Assembly: GCA_965368975.1 (NCBI GenBank)
Contig: CBDUPA010000014.1
Location: 130,195-194,194, forward strand
Origin: an uncultured bacterium
GTDB lineage: Bacteria > Acidobacteriota > Thermoanaerobaculia > Multivoradales > JAHZIX01
Direction of reading: 5' to 3'
DNA length: 64,000 nt
Shown here: in pieces, positions 46,610-56,707 of the stretch
How positions within the stretch are numbered: the stretch's first letter is position 1
Layout: each line of letters begins with the position of its first letter
The notes under the pieces: model-generated
Database searches by the model: none
Told to the model about the DNA's origin: nothing
What the model saw: the letters and a program-made list of their open reading frames with translations, nothing else
Position numbers and translations under genes: made by a program

Positions 46610-46870
46610 CTAACCTTCCGCGGGCAGTATGTGGATGTACTTGCCCCGGCGGCCACGATCGTGGAACTTGACCACGCCATCGGCGAGCGCGAAGAGGGTG
46701 TCGTCCTTGCCGCGGCCGACGTTGTCGCCGGGGAAGAACTTGGTGCCGCGCTGGCGCACCAGAATCGTGCCGCTGGACACCGTCTGGCCACCGAAGCGCT
46801 TGACGCCCAGAAACTGCGGGTTGGAGTCGCGGCCGTTACGGCTGGAACCCTGTCCTTTTTTATGAGCCAT
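46610..46870 (-). CDS. rpmA: 50S ribosomal protein L27
   Basis: [16 protein letters not shown]...ILVRQRGT. Confidence 0.98.
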   Translation of the reverse strand: MAHKKGQGSSRNGRDSNPQFLGVKRFGGQTVSSGTILVRQRGTKFFPGDNVGRGKDDTLFALADGVVKFHDRGRRGKYIHILPAEG

Positions 46871-46903
46871 CGTGTCTTCCTTTTCAGCTCTTAGAAGCCT
46901 GCA

Positions 46904-47221
46904 TCAGGCCTGGATGTTCTCGATACGAACCCGCGTCAGGGCCTGGCGATGGCCGTTGCGGCGACGGTACTGCTTGCGGCGCTTCTTCTTGAACACAATG
47001 ACCTTGGAGCCGCGAACCTCATCGACCAGCTTGGCGCTGACCTTGGCCCCATCGACCACCGGCGTGCCCACCTTCACATCGTCCTCACCGCCCACCATCA
47101 GCACGCGGTCGAACTCGACGTCGCTACCCGGCTCACCGGCGTCCGCCAGCCGTTCGACGTCGATGACGTCACCCTGCTGGACTCGATATTGCTTGCCACC
47201 CGTTTCGATTACGGCGTACAT
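46904..47221 (-). CDS. rplU: 50S ribosomal protein L21
   Basis: [14 protein letters not shown]...[16 protein letters not shown]. Confidence 0.98.
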   Translation of the reverse strand: MYAVIETGGKQYRVQQGDVIDVERLADAGEPGSDVEFDRVLMVGGEDDVKVGTPVVDGAKVSAKLVDEVRGSKVIVFKKKRRKQYRRRNGHRQALTRVRIENIQA

Positions 47222-47345
47222 CTCTTTGCTCCTAACGCTCTACTCTGCTTTGAGACTGCATTGCTCTGGAGTTTGCACAGCTCTTGAGGCTGCCTGCTGG
47301 AGGCTTCTGTGCGGGGCCGGGCCGTGGCACGGCGCAAGAAGCGTG

Positions 47346-47374
47346 AAACTAGCATGAAGCGCCGCACAGGTCAA
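47346..47374 (-). promoter_or_regulatory. Putative sigma70 promoter of the rplU operon
   Basis: Minus strand TTGACC (47374-47369), 17-nt spacer ending in TGC (extended -10), TAGTTT (47351-47346). Confidence 0.6.
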
Positions 47375-47480
47375 TCCTGCCTTTCCTGCTCTTGACGGCC
47401 TCGAGGCTCAGCACACCCCGTCGACCTCGCCATAGCGCTGCAGGCGCCGACGAGGGCTTCGCGGGAGGGTCTGGGGAGGG

Positions 47481-49526
47481 CTAACTTGGAGGTTGGTTCG
47501 AGGCCTGTCCGCCTGCCGTGCCGTCACGCTCGCCTTCCAAGAATAGCAACTCGCGCTGCTGGAACCAGGCTTCGGCGCCGCGCAGCTTCCACTCGGTCTC
47601 CTCGCCGTGCAGCTCGGCGGCGCCGCTCAGGGGACCGTAGTTGAGGAAGAGCAGCACGTCGCGACCGTCGGGGCGCAGACGTAGTTCGGAGCGAATCTCC
47701 AGACGCCGGCTGCCGGTGACGCGCAGGCGATGGATGTCGAGAGCGCCGGCGTTCAGGTGCAACTCGGCGTGCGCATCGACGTTCTGGACGGTGAGCAGTC
47801 GCTGGGCCCATGAAGGTAGTTCGAGCGAGCCCGATTCGGCCAACGCCAGCAGCGGGCGCGAGTCGAGTAGGCGGGCCCGAAGCTCGCCGCGGAAGCGGCC
47901 GCTGAGGCTGTCGTGGTCTTCCTGGCTGAGCTGCATCTCGGCGCGGGGCAGATCGATCTCGGCGAACCAGCCACGCTGGACGACGTCGCCGTCGTCGTCT
48001 TGCAGCGTCGCGTTGTCGAGTCGCAGACTCGTGCCGGCGAGGTCGAATTCGGTCTGCTGCAGGTTGCTGGTGCCGATACGGCTGTGGAAGTCGAGATCCC
48101 CGAACATCTGGAGCCGGTTGATTTCGAGGCCGGCATTGCGCGCGCGCAAGCGCATTTCCCCACGGCCGCTGCCCGTGGCGGTGTCGAGTCGCATGTGTGC
48201 CGAGATGCGACCGCTGCCGCCGGTGAGGCGAACGCCGACGTCGGGAGGCAGGTAGAGGTTGTAGGTGGTCAGGTCGGGCAGCTCGGATTCCGGCAGAGTG
48301 ATCTCGGCGCTCAGCTGGGGCAGCGGTGCCAGCAGGTCGGTTTCGTCGCTGGCGACACGCAGACGCAGGCCATCGCCACGAATGAAGGGATGCCCCGGCT
48401 GCTGAAGACGGCTGACGCGGAAGCTGTCCAGCTCCGCGACAATCTCCAGCCGTGGACCCTGCTCTTCCCCTTGGCCCTCTTCGACCCGGCCCCGAATACT
48501 GCCGTCGCCGCGACTGCGGTAGAGCAGGTAGTCGGCGCGGATATCTCCGGCCTGTAGGTCGAGGGTGGAGCCGGGTTGCAGGATACCGTGGTCGACCAGT
48601 AGGTCGGCGCGCAGCTGGCCGCTACCGTTGAGCGACAGCCACGGCACGCGCTGCAGGTAGTAGCGTAGGAAGGCGAGATCCTGCGTTCGGCCCTCGACCA
48701 CCACTCGTCCCTCGACGACGCGCAACAGCTCCGTCCCGCGGTGCTCGGGAGGGCGAAAAGGCTCGCTACGCGCACTGGCGGTCAACGTGCCCTCGGCGAT
48801 GCGTTCCTCGCCGACCCAGACGGCACCCGAGGTCAAATCGAGCCGCGCCTCGGGAATCTCGAGGTCCCCCCGCACCTGGTAGCGCATACGACCAGTGAGC
48901 CGGCCACCACCAGCGTAGCGGTAGCTCTCGAGCCACAGCCTTTCGGTACCGACGTCGATCGCCTCAATGTCGATGCGCCAACCCGGCGGCCTGCCGGCCA
49001 CGGGCGGCGGGTACAGTTCCTCCGGCTTGCGCTCCGGCGGGTTGGCCAGACCGGGAATCGGCGGCGCCAAGGCCTTCGGGTCGACGTCATCTTGCAAGAC
49101 AATCGCCAGCACCGACGGCCCGTCCTCGTCGAGCGCGTCGAGACGCCGGCGTTGCGAGAAGGAGAGTCCCTCCCCCTGCAACCGGTAGACATGGAACTGG
49201 CGCTCGAAGAGTAGCTCGGGGTCAATATCCAGATGCGCCGTGCGCAGGCTCACGTGCCACTGCTGGCGCGAACTCTGCCCCCGCACTGACAAGCCAAGCA
49301 CGTGCAGGGTGGTCGGCCAAACAGTCCAGGCGACGTCCCAGCGCACGCGCGTCTTCTCCGGCTTCTTGTTGAGGACCGGCGACAGCACGCCCAGGTTGAG
49401 CGCCAGGTTGACGATCAGCAAGAGCAGCAGCGGAGACAGCAACAGCAAGAGAAGCAGGCGCCGCAGCCAGCGCCGACGCGGCTTTGCCACCAAGGGTGCG
49501 TCCGTCTCGAGAGTCTCGCTCGTCAC
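47481..49526 (-). CDS. Membrane-anchored beta-rich hypothetical protein (AsmA-like)
   Basis: Basic N-terminus with a single TM segment, then long amphipathic beta strands; 681 aa. Confidence 0.55.
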   Translation of the reverse strand: MTSETLETDAPLVAKPRRRWLRRLLLLLLLSPLLLLLIVNLALNLGVLSPVLNKKPEKTRVRWDVAWTVWPTTLHVLGLSVRGQSSRQQWHVSLRTAHLDIDPELLFERQFHVYRLQGEGLSFSQRRRLDALDEDGPSVLAIVLQDDVDPKALAPPIPGLANPPERKPEELYPPPVAGRPPGWRIDIEAIDVGTERLWLESYRYAGGGRLTGRMRYQVRGDLEIPEARLDLTSGAVWVGEERIAEGTLTASARSEPFRPPEHRGTELLRVVEGRVVVEGRTQDLAFLRYYLQRVPWLSLNGSGQLRADLLVDHGILQPGSTLDLQAGDIRADYLLYRSRGDGSIRGRVEEGQGEEQGPRLEIVAELDSFRVSRLQQPGHPFIRGDGLRLRVASDETDLLAPLPQLSAEITLPESELPDLTTYNLYLPPDVGVRLTGGSGRISAHMRLDTATGSGRGEMRLRARNAGLEINRLQMFGDLDFHSRIGTSNLQQTEFDLAGTSLRLDNATLQDDDGDVVQRGWFAEIDLPRAEMQLSQEDHDSLSGRFRGELRARLLDSRPLLALAESGSLELPSWAQRLLTVQNVDAHAELHLNAGALDIHRLRVTGSRRLEIRSELRLRPDGRDVLLFLNYGPLSGAAELHGEETEWKLRGAEAWFQQRELLFLEGERDGTAGGQASNQPPS

Positions 49527-49554
49527 AGCTCAGCGGGGCCCCGAACAACCGCGC

Positions 49555-51279
49555 TCACGGGCGGACCGTCACTCGAGTGGAAAAGACGGTGCCGTTGAGC
49601 GTGTCGACCACCGCGACGACCAGGTCTTGCTGCTTGCGCCGCAGGGTCACGGGCGTCGAGTACGTGAGAGCAGTCGGTTCGGTGGGCATGGCGTCGAACG
49701 CCACTTGCAGCGGCACCACCGGCACCTCGGAACGGCCACCGGTCTCGTCGAGCGCGGCGATGCGCAATTCCAGCTGCGTCACGTACTTGCCCTCGACCGG
49801 CACCATCGCGACCTGGTGCGCGGGGATCCACACCTTGAGGTCGAGTTTCATCTTGCCCCAGCCGGCCCGCCGCGGACTGCCGAGCTCGACCTGCAGTGGC
49901 AGCGCGCTGGGCGAGTTGCCAAAGAGGAGCGCGCTCTCGACTTGCATCGACCGCTCGCGCCGGACGGACGAGTCGAGGTAGCTGTCGCGGGCCCGCACGT
50001 TGAGCTTGCGGGCCTGGAGGTCGGAACCCGTCACTTCGACGCGCACATCGTGTACTTCGTCGTCACCGCGCCAGTCGGGGGTGAAGCCGAGCCAATAGAA
50101 GGAGCGCGTATCCTCCACTACCCGGGGCAAGGCATCCAGGCGTCCCGAGTTGAGCAACGGCCGGCCGCCGGTCTCCTCGGCCAGCAGCGTCAGCGCCGTG
50201 TGCACCTCCTGCTCGCGCAGGAAACCGGCGTTGAAGTTGCCGGCAATCGAGCCGGGCGCCTCGGCACCGGCGTCGACCAGCTCGCTCTGCAGGCCGGGAA
50301 CGTCGACTGGATAGAGCGTGTAGCCGAGCCGGTTGGCGGTGTCGGACAGCGGCCGGTAGAGCTCGGGACCGCCGGCCACCAGGCGGTCGACCAGGGCGCG
50401 CGGAGCGTCGGCCGTGACGTACTCGGCGGGCACATAGGGCCAGCCGCCGGAGAGCACCAGCATGACCTTGCGCCCGGGTGGCTGGGCGAAGCTCCGCAGC
50501 GTCGCCGCAGCCGCCGAGACCACGCGCTCGACCTGGTCGACAAGCTGCAACGCGTACTGTTCTTCCTCGACGTCCAGGCGGCCGATACGCCGCAGCTCGC
50601 CGGAGTCGGGTACCGGAATGCCGGTCCGGAAGTTGCGCCGCTCGGCGATGCGCTGCAATCCGTAGGCCGGGCGCCGTGTCGCCTTCTGCAAGGCGTCCTC
50701 GAGATCGCCGGCCGACTGGCTCCAGCTGCTGAGCATGGTCAACTCGCGGCCGTCGAAGGCGATGATCGCCATGCGGTCCGCCGGCCCGAGTAGGGGCAGG
50801 TCCTCGATCAACGCCTCGAGCACCTTGTCGCGGTCGTGGGTGATCGAGAAGAAGTCGTCGACGAAGAGCAGGTAGCTCGTGCCCAGCTCGCTGCCCGGCT
50901 GCAGCGCCGGAACGCCGGGTGTCGACTCTGCCGTACCAGTCGTACCAGCCGTACCGGAGGGTGCCGAGGTACGACCGCCGAAGATCTCGGAGAAGTAGTC
51001 GATCGTCACCGGTTCACCGTCGACCAGAATCTGGAAGTCGTCGGCGCGCAGTCCCGAGACGCGCAGGCCGTCCGCGTCGGTGACGACTACTTCGACGTTG
51101 ACCACGCGCACTTCGACGACGTCACCGAACACGCCCGGTCGCGGGTCCTGCAGTCCGGAAGAGGCGGGGCCAGAAGCGCCTGGCCCGGGTACAGCGTCCT
51201 GAGCCCACAGGAGGCCGCCGGCGGAGACGCTCAGCAGGAGCACGAAGAAGGTCGACAGCAGGCTGGGTTGGCGTTTCAT
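49555..51279 (-). CDS. Secreted VWA-domain protein (acidobacterial VWFA-related type)
   Basis: Signal peptide; 'VEVRVVNVEVVVTD..G..V.GL..DDF', 'GRKVMLVLSGG', 'LAEETGG' and 'YWLGF'. Confidence 0.82.
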   Translation of the reverse strand: MKRQPSLLSTFFVLLLSVSAGGLLWAQDAVPGPGASGPASSGLQDPRPGVFGDVVEVRVVNVEVVVTDADGLRVSGLRADDFQILVDGEPVTIDYFSEIFGGRTSAPSGTAGTTGTAESTPGVPALQPGSELGTSYLLFVDDFFSITHDRDKVLEALIEDLPLLGPADRMAIIAFDGRELTMLSSWSQSAGDLEDALQKATRRPAYGLQRIAERRNFRTGIPVPDSGELRRIGRLDVEEEQYALQLVDQVERVVSAAAATLRSFAQPPGRKVMLVLSGGWPYVPAEYVTADAPRALVDRLVAGGPELYRPLSDTANRLGYTLYPVDVPGLQSELVDAGAEAPGSIAGNFNAGFLREQEVHTALTLLAEETGGRPLLNSGRLDALPRVVEDTRSFYWLGFTPDWRGDDEVHDVRVEVTGSDLQARKLNVRARDSYLDSSVRRERSMQVESALLFGNSPSALPLQVELGSPRRAGWGKMKLDLKVWIPAHQVAMVPVEGKYVTQLELRIAALDETGGRSEVPVVPLQVAFDAMPTEPTALTYSTPVTLRRKQQDLVVAVVDTLNGTVFSTRVTVRP

Positions 51280-51284
51280 GCGCA

Positions 51285-52457
51285 CTATTGTCTCAGATCT
51301 CGCACATCAGTTGTCGCCCCTTCGTCCTCGGACGACGTCTCCGGCGGTTGCGAGAACAGCGGCAGCTGGATGCCGGCCTCCGCGGTTTCCAGGCGGGACG
51401 CGGTGACGCCGAGCAGGCGCACGCGACGCTTGCCGGCGTCCGTCCGGCGCAGCAGCAGGTACGCGGCGGCGGCAATCTCGCGCGCGTCGCGGCTGGGCGT
51501 GGTCAGCGTCAAGCTGCGACTGAGGGTGGTGAAGTCCGGGTAGCGGACTTTGACCGTCACCGCCGCGGCGTAGAGATCCCGCTTGGCCAAGCCGTCGGCG
51601 ACGATGCCGGCCAGCCGGTCGAGCACCTCGTCCATCGCCTCCAGGCGCGCCAGGTCGTGCTGGAAGGTGCGTTCGGCACCCAGGCTCTTGCGCTCGCGAT
51701 GCGTCACCACCGGCCGCTCGTCGAGACCGCGCGCATAGCGGTAGAGCGCCCCGCCGTAGCGGCCGAAGCGGCGCGTCAAGACGTCCGCTTCGATGGCGCG
51801 CAGTTCGGCGATCGTGCGGATCCCCAGCTCCTCGAGCGCCGCGTCGGTGGCCGGGCCGACGCCCTGCAACCGGCGCACCGGTAGCGGATCGAGAAACGCT
51901 TGCACACGCTCCGGCGGCACCACGGTGAGCCCATCCGGCTTGTCGAAGTCCGAGGCGATCTTGGCCACCAGACGGTTGGGACCGACGCCGACGCTGACCG
52001 TCAACCCACACTCCTCCAGGATGCGCCGCCGGATCTCACGCGCCAGTGCCGTCGCCGTGCCGAAGGCAGGGTACTGCTCGGTGACGTCCAGGTACGCCTC
52101 GTCCAACGCCACCGTCTGGATCACCGGCGTGAACTGCCGGAACAGCTCGAAAATGCGTGCCGACTCGCGCCGGTAGCGGGCAAAATCCGGCTTCAGGAAC
52201 ACCGCCTGCGGACACAGCCGGTAGGCCCGCGACGCCGGCATCGCCGAGTGCACCCCGAACGCCCGTGCCTCGTAACTGGCCGCCGCCACCACCCCACGGC
52301 TCTGCGGCTGGCCGCCGATCACCAGCGGCTTGCCGCGCAGCGACGGATCGTCACGTGCATGGACGGCGGCGTAGAAGCAATCCATGTCGCAGTGCAGGAT
52401 GCGGCGACCGGGGTCCACGCTGCTTGCGCCCACGGGACCTGAGGGATCATTGGCCAT
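51285..52457 (-). CDS. dinB: DNA polymerase IV
   Basis: ILHCDMDCFYA, ASYEARAFGVHSAM, LDEAYLD and AKIASDFDKPDG. Confidence 0.95.
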   Translation of the reverse strand: MANDPSGPVGASSVDPGRRILHCDMDCFYAAVHARDDPSLRGKPLVIGGQPQSRGVVAAASYEARAFGVHSAMPASRAYRLCPQAVFLKPDFARYRRESARIFELFRQFTPVIQTVALDEAYLDVTEQYPAFGTATALAREIRRRILEECGLTVSVGVGPNRLVAKIASDFDKPDGLTVVPPERVQAFLDPLPVRRLQGVGPATDAALEELGIRTIAELRAIEADVLTRRFGRYGGALYRYARGLDERPVVTHRERKSLGAERTFQHDLARLEAMDEVLDRLAGIVADGLAKRDLYAAAVTVKVRYPDFTTLSRSLTLTTPSRDAREIAAAAYLLLRRTDAGKRRVRLLGVTASRLETAEAGIQLPLFSQPPETSSEDEGATTDVRDLRQ

Positions 52458-52608
52458 GGCGCCATATTACCGCCTCATTCACGTCTCTTCCAGCCCTTCG
52501 GCCATGTCCATGAAAATGCTCTCTGTGATAGGTTTTTAGGTCCCGCACTCTGCTGAGTCAGTCGGCAATCTGCCCCTGAGAAGCTGTTTCAACAGGAGGA
52601 ACGCAAGG

Positions 52609-54018
52609 ATGCAGCCACTCCGTCAAGAGCCCGAGCGCTTCAAAGCCGTCAGCCACCAGAACATCGTGAAACACGACCTGTGGTCGCGCATACCCGCGCC
52701 CTACCAGGAAGCGATTCGCGTGGTGGCGCAAGTACTGCCCTTTCGCAGTAACAACTACGTGATGCGCGAGCTCATCGACTGGAGTGACCTACCAGCAGAC
52801 CCCCTGTTCCAACTCACCTTTCCACAGCCCGCCATGCTGGAAGGCGGCGATTACGAGACCATCCGCGACCTGCTGGCCTCGGACGCTCCCAGGAGCGAGG
52901 TCACCGCGGCGGCCAATCGCATCCGCTTCCGACTCAACCCCCACCCGGCCGGCCAGATGTCGCACAACGTGCCGCATGTCGACGGCCGTCCGGTTCCTGG
53001 CGTGCAGCACAAGTATCGCGAGACAGTGCTCTTCTTTCCCGGCCAGGGACAGACGTGCCACGCCTACTGCACCTACTGCTTCCGCTGGGCACAATTCGTT
53101 GGCCTGCCGGACATGAAGTTCCAGGCGCGCGAAGCCGAAGACCTGGTCGCCTACCTCGCGGTGCACCCCGAGGTGTCAGATGTCCTGGTGACCGGCGGCG
53201 ATCCGATGATCATGAAGACCAAGGCGCTGCGCAGATACCTGGAGCCGCTGCTCGCTCCCGAACTCGAACACGTACGCCATATCCGCATCGGCACCAAGTC
53301 GCTCGCCTACTGGCCTCAGCGCTTCGTCACCGACGCTGATGCCGACGACTGCCTGCGCCTGTTCGAAGAACTCGTCGCCGCCGGCAAGCACGTCGCGATC
53401 ATGGGTCACTATAGTCACCCCGTCGAACTGAGCACCTCCGTCTCCCGCCAGGCCGTCGCCCGTATCCGCTCCACCGGCGCCGAGATCCGCATGCAGGCGC
53501 CGCTGATCAAGCACGTCAACGACACGTCCGACGCCTGGGCCGAGTTGTGGCGAACCGGCGTCCAGTTGGGCATGGTCCCCTACTACATGTTCGTCGAACG
53601 CGACACCGGCCCGAAGAAGTACTTCGAGCTCCCCCTGGTACGCGCCTACGAGATCTTCCGCGCCGCTTACGGCAAGGTTTCCGGCCTCGCACGCACAGTA
53701 CGCGGACCGTCGATGTCGGCCTTCCCCGGCAAGGTGCACGTGCTCGGTGTCCAGAACGTCGCCGGCGAAAGGGTCTTCGTGCTGGAGATGCTGCAAGGCC
53801 GCAGGAACGACTGGGTGCGCCGTCCCTTCTTCGCCAAGTTCGACCCGGAGGCGACCTGGTTGGATGATCTCGAGCCGGCGTTTGGCAAAGAAGAGTTCTT
53901 CTTCGAGCCGGAGCTGCGGGAGATAACGGCCGCGAAAAAAAAGGCACACGAGTCGTCGAGACCGTTTGTGCCCGCGGCGGCGCTCCAGGGGACACCGTCG
54001 ATCGTGCCGGTGGTGTGA
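52609..54018 (+). CDS. KamA-family radical SAM (2,3-aminomutase-like)
   Basis: HKYRETVL, CHAYCTYCFR (CxxxCxxC), TGGDPM, RIGTK and PYYMF; AGGAGG RBS. Confidence 0.87.
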   Translation: MQPLRQEPERFKAVSHQNIVKHDLWSRIPAPYQEAIRVVAQVLPFRSNNYVMRELIDWSDLPADPLFQLTFPQPAMLEGGDYETIRDLLASDAPRSEVTAAANRIRFRLNPHPAGQMSHNVPHVDGRPVPGVQHKYRETVLFFPGQGQTCHAYCTYCFRWAQFVGLPDMKFQAREAEDLVAYLAVHPEVSDVLVTGGDPMIMKTKALRRYLEPLLAPELEHVRHIRIGTKSLAYWPQRFVTDADADDCLRLFEELVAAGKHVAIMGHYSHPVELSTSVSRQAVARIRSTGAEIRMQAPLIKHVNDTSDAWAELWRTGVQLGMVPYYMFVERDTGPKKYFELPLVRAYEIFRAAYGKVSGLARTVRGPSMSAFPGKVHVLGVQNVAGERVFVLEMLQGRRNDWVRRPFFAKFDPEATWLDDLEPAFGKEEFFFEPELREITAAKKKAHESSRPFVPAAALQGTPSIVPVV

Positions 54019-54173
54019 GAGCGCCAGAGCCCCGGCTGGCCTAGTGGCCGGTGATCAGCAGGGTGCTGCCATCGGGACTGAAACCGCAGCGAGATCAACT
54101 GTACTTCCTGATGCAACGCTGACCCGACGGCTTCGCCGGTCGCGAGATCCTGAACAGGACGGGCGCCTTGGCA

Positions 54174-54857
54174 TCAGTGCTCCCCTTCGCGAGCGGTCCA
54201 CGGCGGCACGCCACCGCGTAGTCGGAGGTAGACGGCGAGTTGGCCGAGATGTTCATGCGCGTGACCGGACAGGATCGTCAGGACATCACGGCGGGTCTGG
54301 TTGTGGCCGCCCATGAACTCGACCTGGACGCTCAGAGCATCGGCATCCAGCGCTTTGGCGGCCTGGAATACCTGCTTGACCGACCCCTTGTAGAACTTGA
54401 CGATCTCAAGCGGATCGGTGAGCGTGGCCTCGAGTTCGCGGCTGAAACCCTCGGGGAGTTGGCCACCAAGCATCGACGCCAGCCAGTAATTTGCCATGGC
54501 GACGTGAACGAAGGTCTGGCCGACCGTGCGCACTTCGTCGGTGGGACGGTAGGCGAAGTCGGCGGCCGAGAACTCGCCGGCCAGTTCCTTGAGCTTGCTC
54601 GACACGTGGTCGAAGTCCTTGAGGAAGGCGCTGAGTTCTGCGTCGCTGCACGAGCAGTCATCGGTAGGAGCGGCAGGAGACCGGGGTGCCTGCGGGGCGC
54701 GCGGAGGGTCATCGGCGTAGAGCAGCGTCGGACTTGCGGCGGTGAGCACAAGACCCGCCGCCAGGCCCAGGGTCGTCCAGCACACCTTCCAGTGGGCGGA
54801 CGCGGTCCGGACGGTCGGCTGAGTGGTGAACGCGCGGGCGGTATGTCTGTGGTGCAT
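54174..54857 (-). CDS. Exported DinB/YfiT-like four-helix metalloprotein
   Basis: 'YRPTDEVRTVGQTFVHVA' and 'HAHEHLGQLAVYLR...VPPW'; signal-like N-terminus; AGGAGG RBS. Confidence 0.8.
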   Translation of the reverse strand: MHHRHTARAFTTQPTVRTASAHWKVCWTTLGLAAGLVLTAASPTLLYADDPPRAPQAPRSPAAPTDDCSCSDAELSAFLKDFDHVSSKLKELAGEFSAADFAYRPTDEVRTVGQTFVHVAMANYWLASMLGGQLPEGFSRELEATLTDPLEIVKFYKGSVKQVFQAAKALDADALSVQVEFMGGHNQTRRDVLTILSGHAHEHLGQLAVYLRLRGGVPPWTAREGEH

Positions 54858-55000
54858 GACGGCGGCCTCCTGAGGGGGGGACGGGCTCTGAGAGCGGCAA
54901 GTGTACCCGACCGCTGGACCAGTATACGGCGGTCAGGGGCAAAGGATGCAGCCGCGGAATCGAGCACCCTGGCGCCAGCGGGCTCGGGTATGATGCGGGT

Positions 55001-56653
55001 ATGTTGCGGCTGCGCACCAGCATCGAAGGAGAAGAACAAACGTTCCGCCTGGCCGGCGACGAAGTGCGTCTAGGCCGCGGCAGCGACAACGACATCATCC
55101 TGTTCGACTTTTCGGTGTCGCGGCACCATGCGTTGATCCGGCGCGAGGAGGACGGCTGGGTCATCTACGACCAGAACAGCACCAACGGCGTGCTGCTGGA
55201 TGGCATTCGCGTGCCCAAGGGGCGCCTGCGCCTCGGCGACCGCCTGAGCATCGGTACCTTCGAACTGCGCGTCGAGCAGGAGCCGCCGCGGCCGGTGAGC
55301 CGCACGTCGGTGACCGACAAGCTGGCGAACGACTTGGGCGATACCGAGGACGGCGAGTCAGCACCGGAGATCGCCAACGCCACCATCGTGCGCCCCATTG
55401 CCGAATTCACCGCCGAGTACGGCAAGGTCAGCGACGCGCTGAGCCTGCAGGGCGCCAAGCGCGAGGCGCTGGAGCAGGCCTACGCCAGTGAGATCTTTGG
55501 CTACCTGACACGTCTGGCCGGCCTGCTCATCTCGACCGATTCGGTCGACGAGGTGCTGCAGCGGGTGATGGACATCGCCTTCGAGGCGCTGCCGGTCGAG
55601 CGTGGCTTCATGATGCTGCCGGACGAGAACGGCAAGATCACCTGCCAGCTGGCGCGCTCGCGCGAGCGAGTGGACTTCCGTCCCGATCAGACGGTGCCGG
55701 TGTCCAACACGATGGTGCAGGTGGTGATGCGCGAGCGCGTCGCCCTGCTCACCTACGACGCGCTGTCGGACAAGCGACTGTCGGGGGGCGACTCGATCCG
55801 CATCCACGGCATCCGCGCCGCCATGTGTGCACCGCTGTGGTCGGACGACAAGATCATCGGCTTCATGCAGGTCGACTCGCCGTTCCAGGTCGGCAGCTTC
55901 AATGAGAACGACCTCGACTTCTTCGCCGCCCTCGCCAACTACGCCGCGGTGGCGGTCGAGCGTCTGCGCTACGCCCACCGCGCCGAGGTCGAGCGTCGGC
56001 TGCGCGGACGTCTGGAGCGCTACCACTCGCCGGCGGTGATCGAAGAGGTCATGCGCCGCGGTGAAACGTCGGCAGCCCATCCCGGCACCTGGTTGAAGAA
56101 CGCCGAGGTCACCGTCCTCTTCGCCGACCTGGTGGGCTTCACGACCTTCACCGAGACGGCACCCCCGGAACACGTCACCGAGATGCTCGAAGGCTTCTTC
56201 AACTTCTGTGTCGAGGCGATCTTCGAGGCCGGCGGCACCTTGGACAAGTTCATCGGCGACTGCGTCATGGCGTTCTTCGGCGCTCCCATGCCGCACAACG
56301 ATCACGCCCTGCGTGGCGTGCGCGCCGCCATCGAGATGCGCCGCGCCCTCGATCAGTGGAATGCGGACCGCAGCAACCAGGGTCTGCCGATGCTCGCCTC
56401 GCGTATCGCCATCAACAGCGGCCCGGTGGTGGTCGGGGACATCGGCAGTCACCGGCGCGTCGACTACACGATCCTCGGCACCACGGTCAACATCGCCTCG
56501 CGTCTGGAACAGTTCGCCGCCGGCCCCGGCGACATCGTCATCGGCCCTGAGACGAACCGTCTGCTCGCCGGCCGCATCGAAACGGAGTCGATGGGCGAGA
56601 TGCAGCTCAAGGGCTTGCAGCAGAAGATCACGCCGTACCGCGTGGTGCGCTAG
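55001..56653 (+). CDS. FHA-GAF-class III adenylate/guanylate cyclase
   Basis: FHA 'LGR..DNDI.L.D.SVSRHHA...STNG'; GAF 'AMCAPL'; cyclase 'VLFADLVGFT', 'DKFIGDCVMAFFG' and 'DYTILGTTVNIASRL'. Confidence 0.92.
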   Translation: MLRLRTSIEGEEQTFRLAGDEVRLGRGSDNDIILFDFSVSRHHALIRREEDGWVIYDQNSTNGVLLDGIRVPKGRLRLGDRLSIGTFELRVEQEPPRPVSRTSVTDKLANDLGDTEDGESAPEIANATIVRPIAEFTAEYGKVSDALSLQGAKREALEQAYASEIFGYLTRLAGLLISTDSVDEVLQRVMDIAFEALPVERGFMMLPDENGKITCQLARSRERVDFRPDQTVPVSNTMVQVVMRERVALLTYDALSDKRLSGGDSIRIHGIRAAMCAPLWSDDKIIGFMQVDSPFQVGSFNENDLDFFAALANYAAVAVERLRYAHRAEVERRLRGRLERYHSPAVIEEVMRRGETSAAHPGTWLKNAEVTVLFADLVGFTTFTETAPPEHVTEMLEGFFNFCVEAIFEAGGTLDKFIGDCVMAFFGAPMPHNDHALRGVRAAIEMRRALDQWNADRSNQGLPMLASRIAINSGPVVVGDIGSHRRVDYTILGTTVNIASRLEQFAAGPGDIVIGPETNRLLAGRIETESMGEMQLKGLQQKITPYRVVR

Positions 56654-56707
56654 CCCGGGAACTCTTCTCCCTTCGGCATGGTCTAGACTCTTGGGGACAC
56701 ACCGACC

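Noticed and set aside
52609-54018. Radical SAM as maturase of the peptide at 63699-63878
   Set aside because: It is KamA-type with no SPASM or RRE features and lies about 10 kb away.
51285-54857. Functional link between dinB (Pol IV) and the nearby DinB-family protein
   Set aside because: The name is shared but the folds are unrelated; the second protein appears exported, and no SOS box was recognised.
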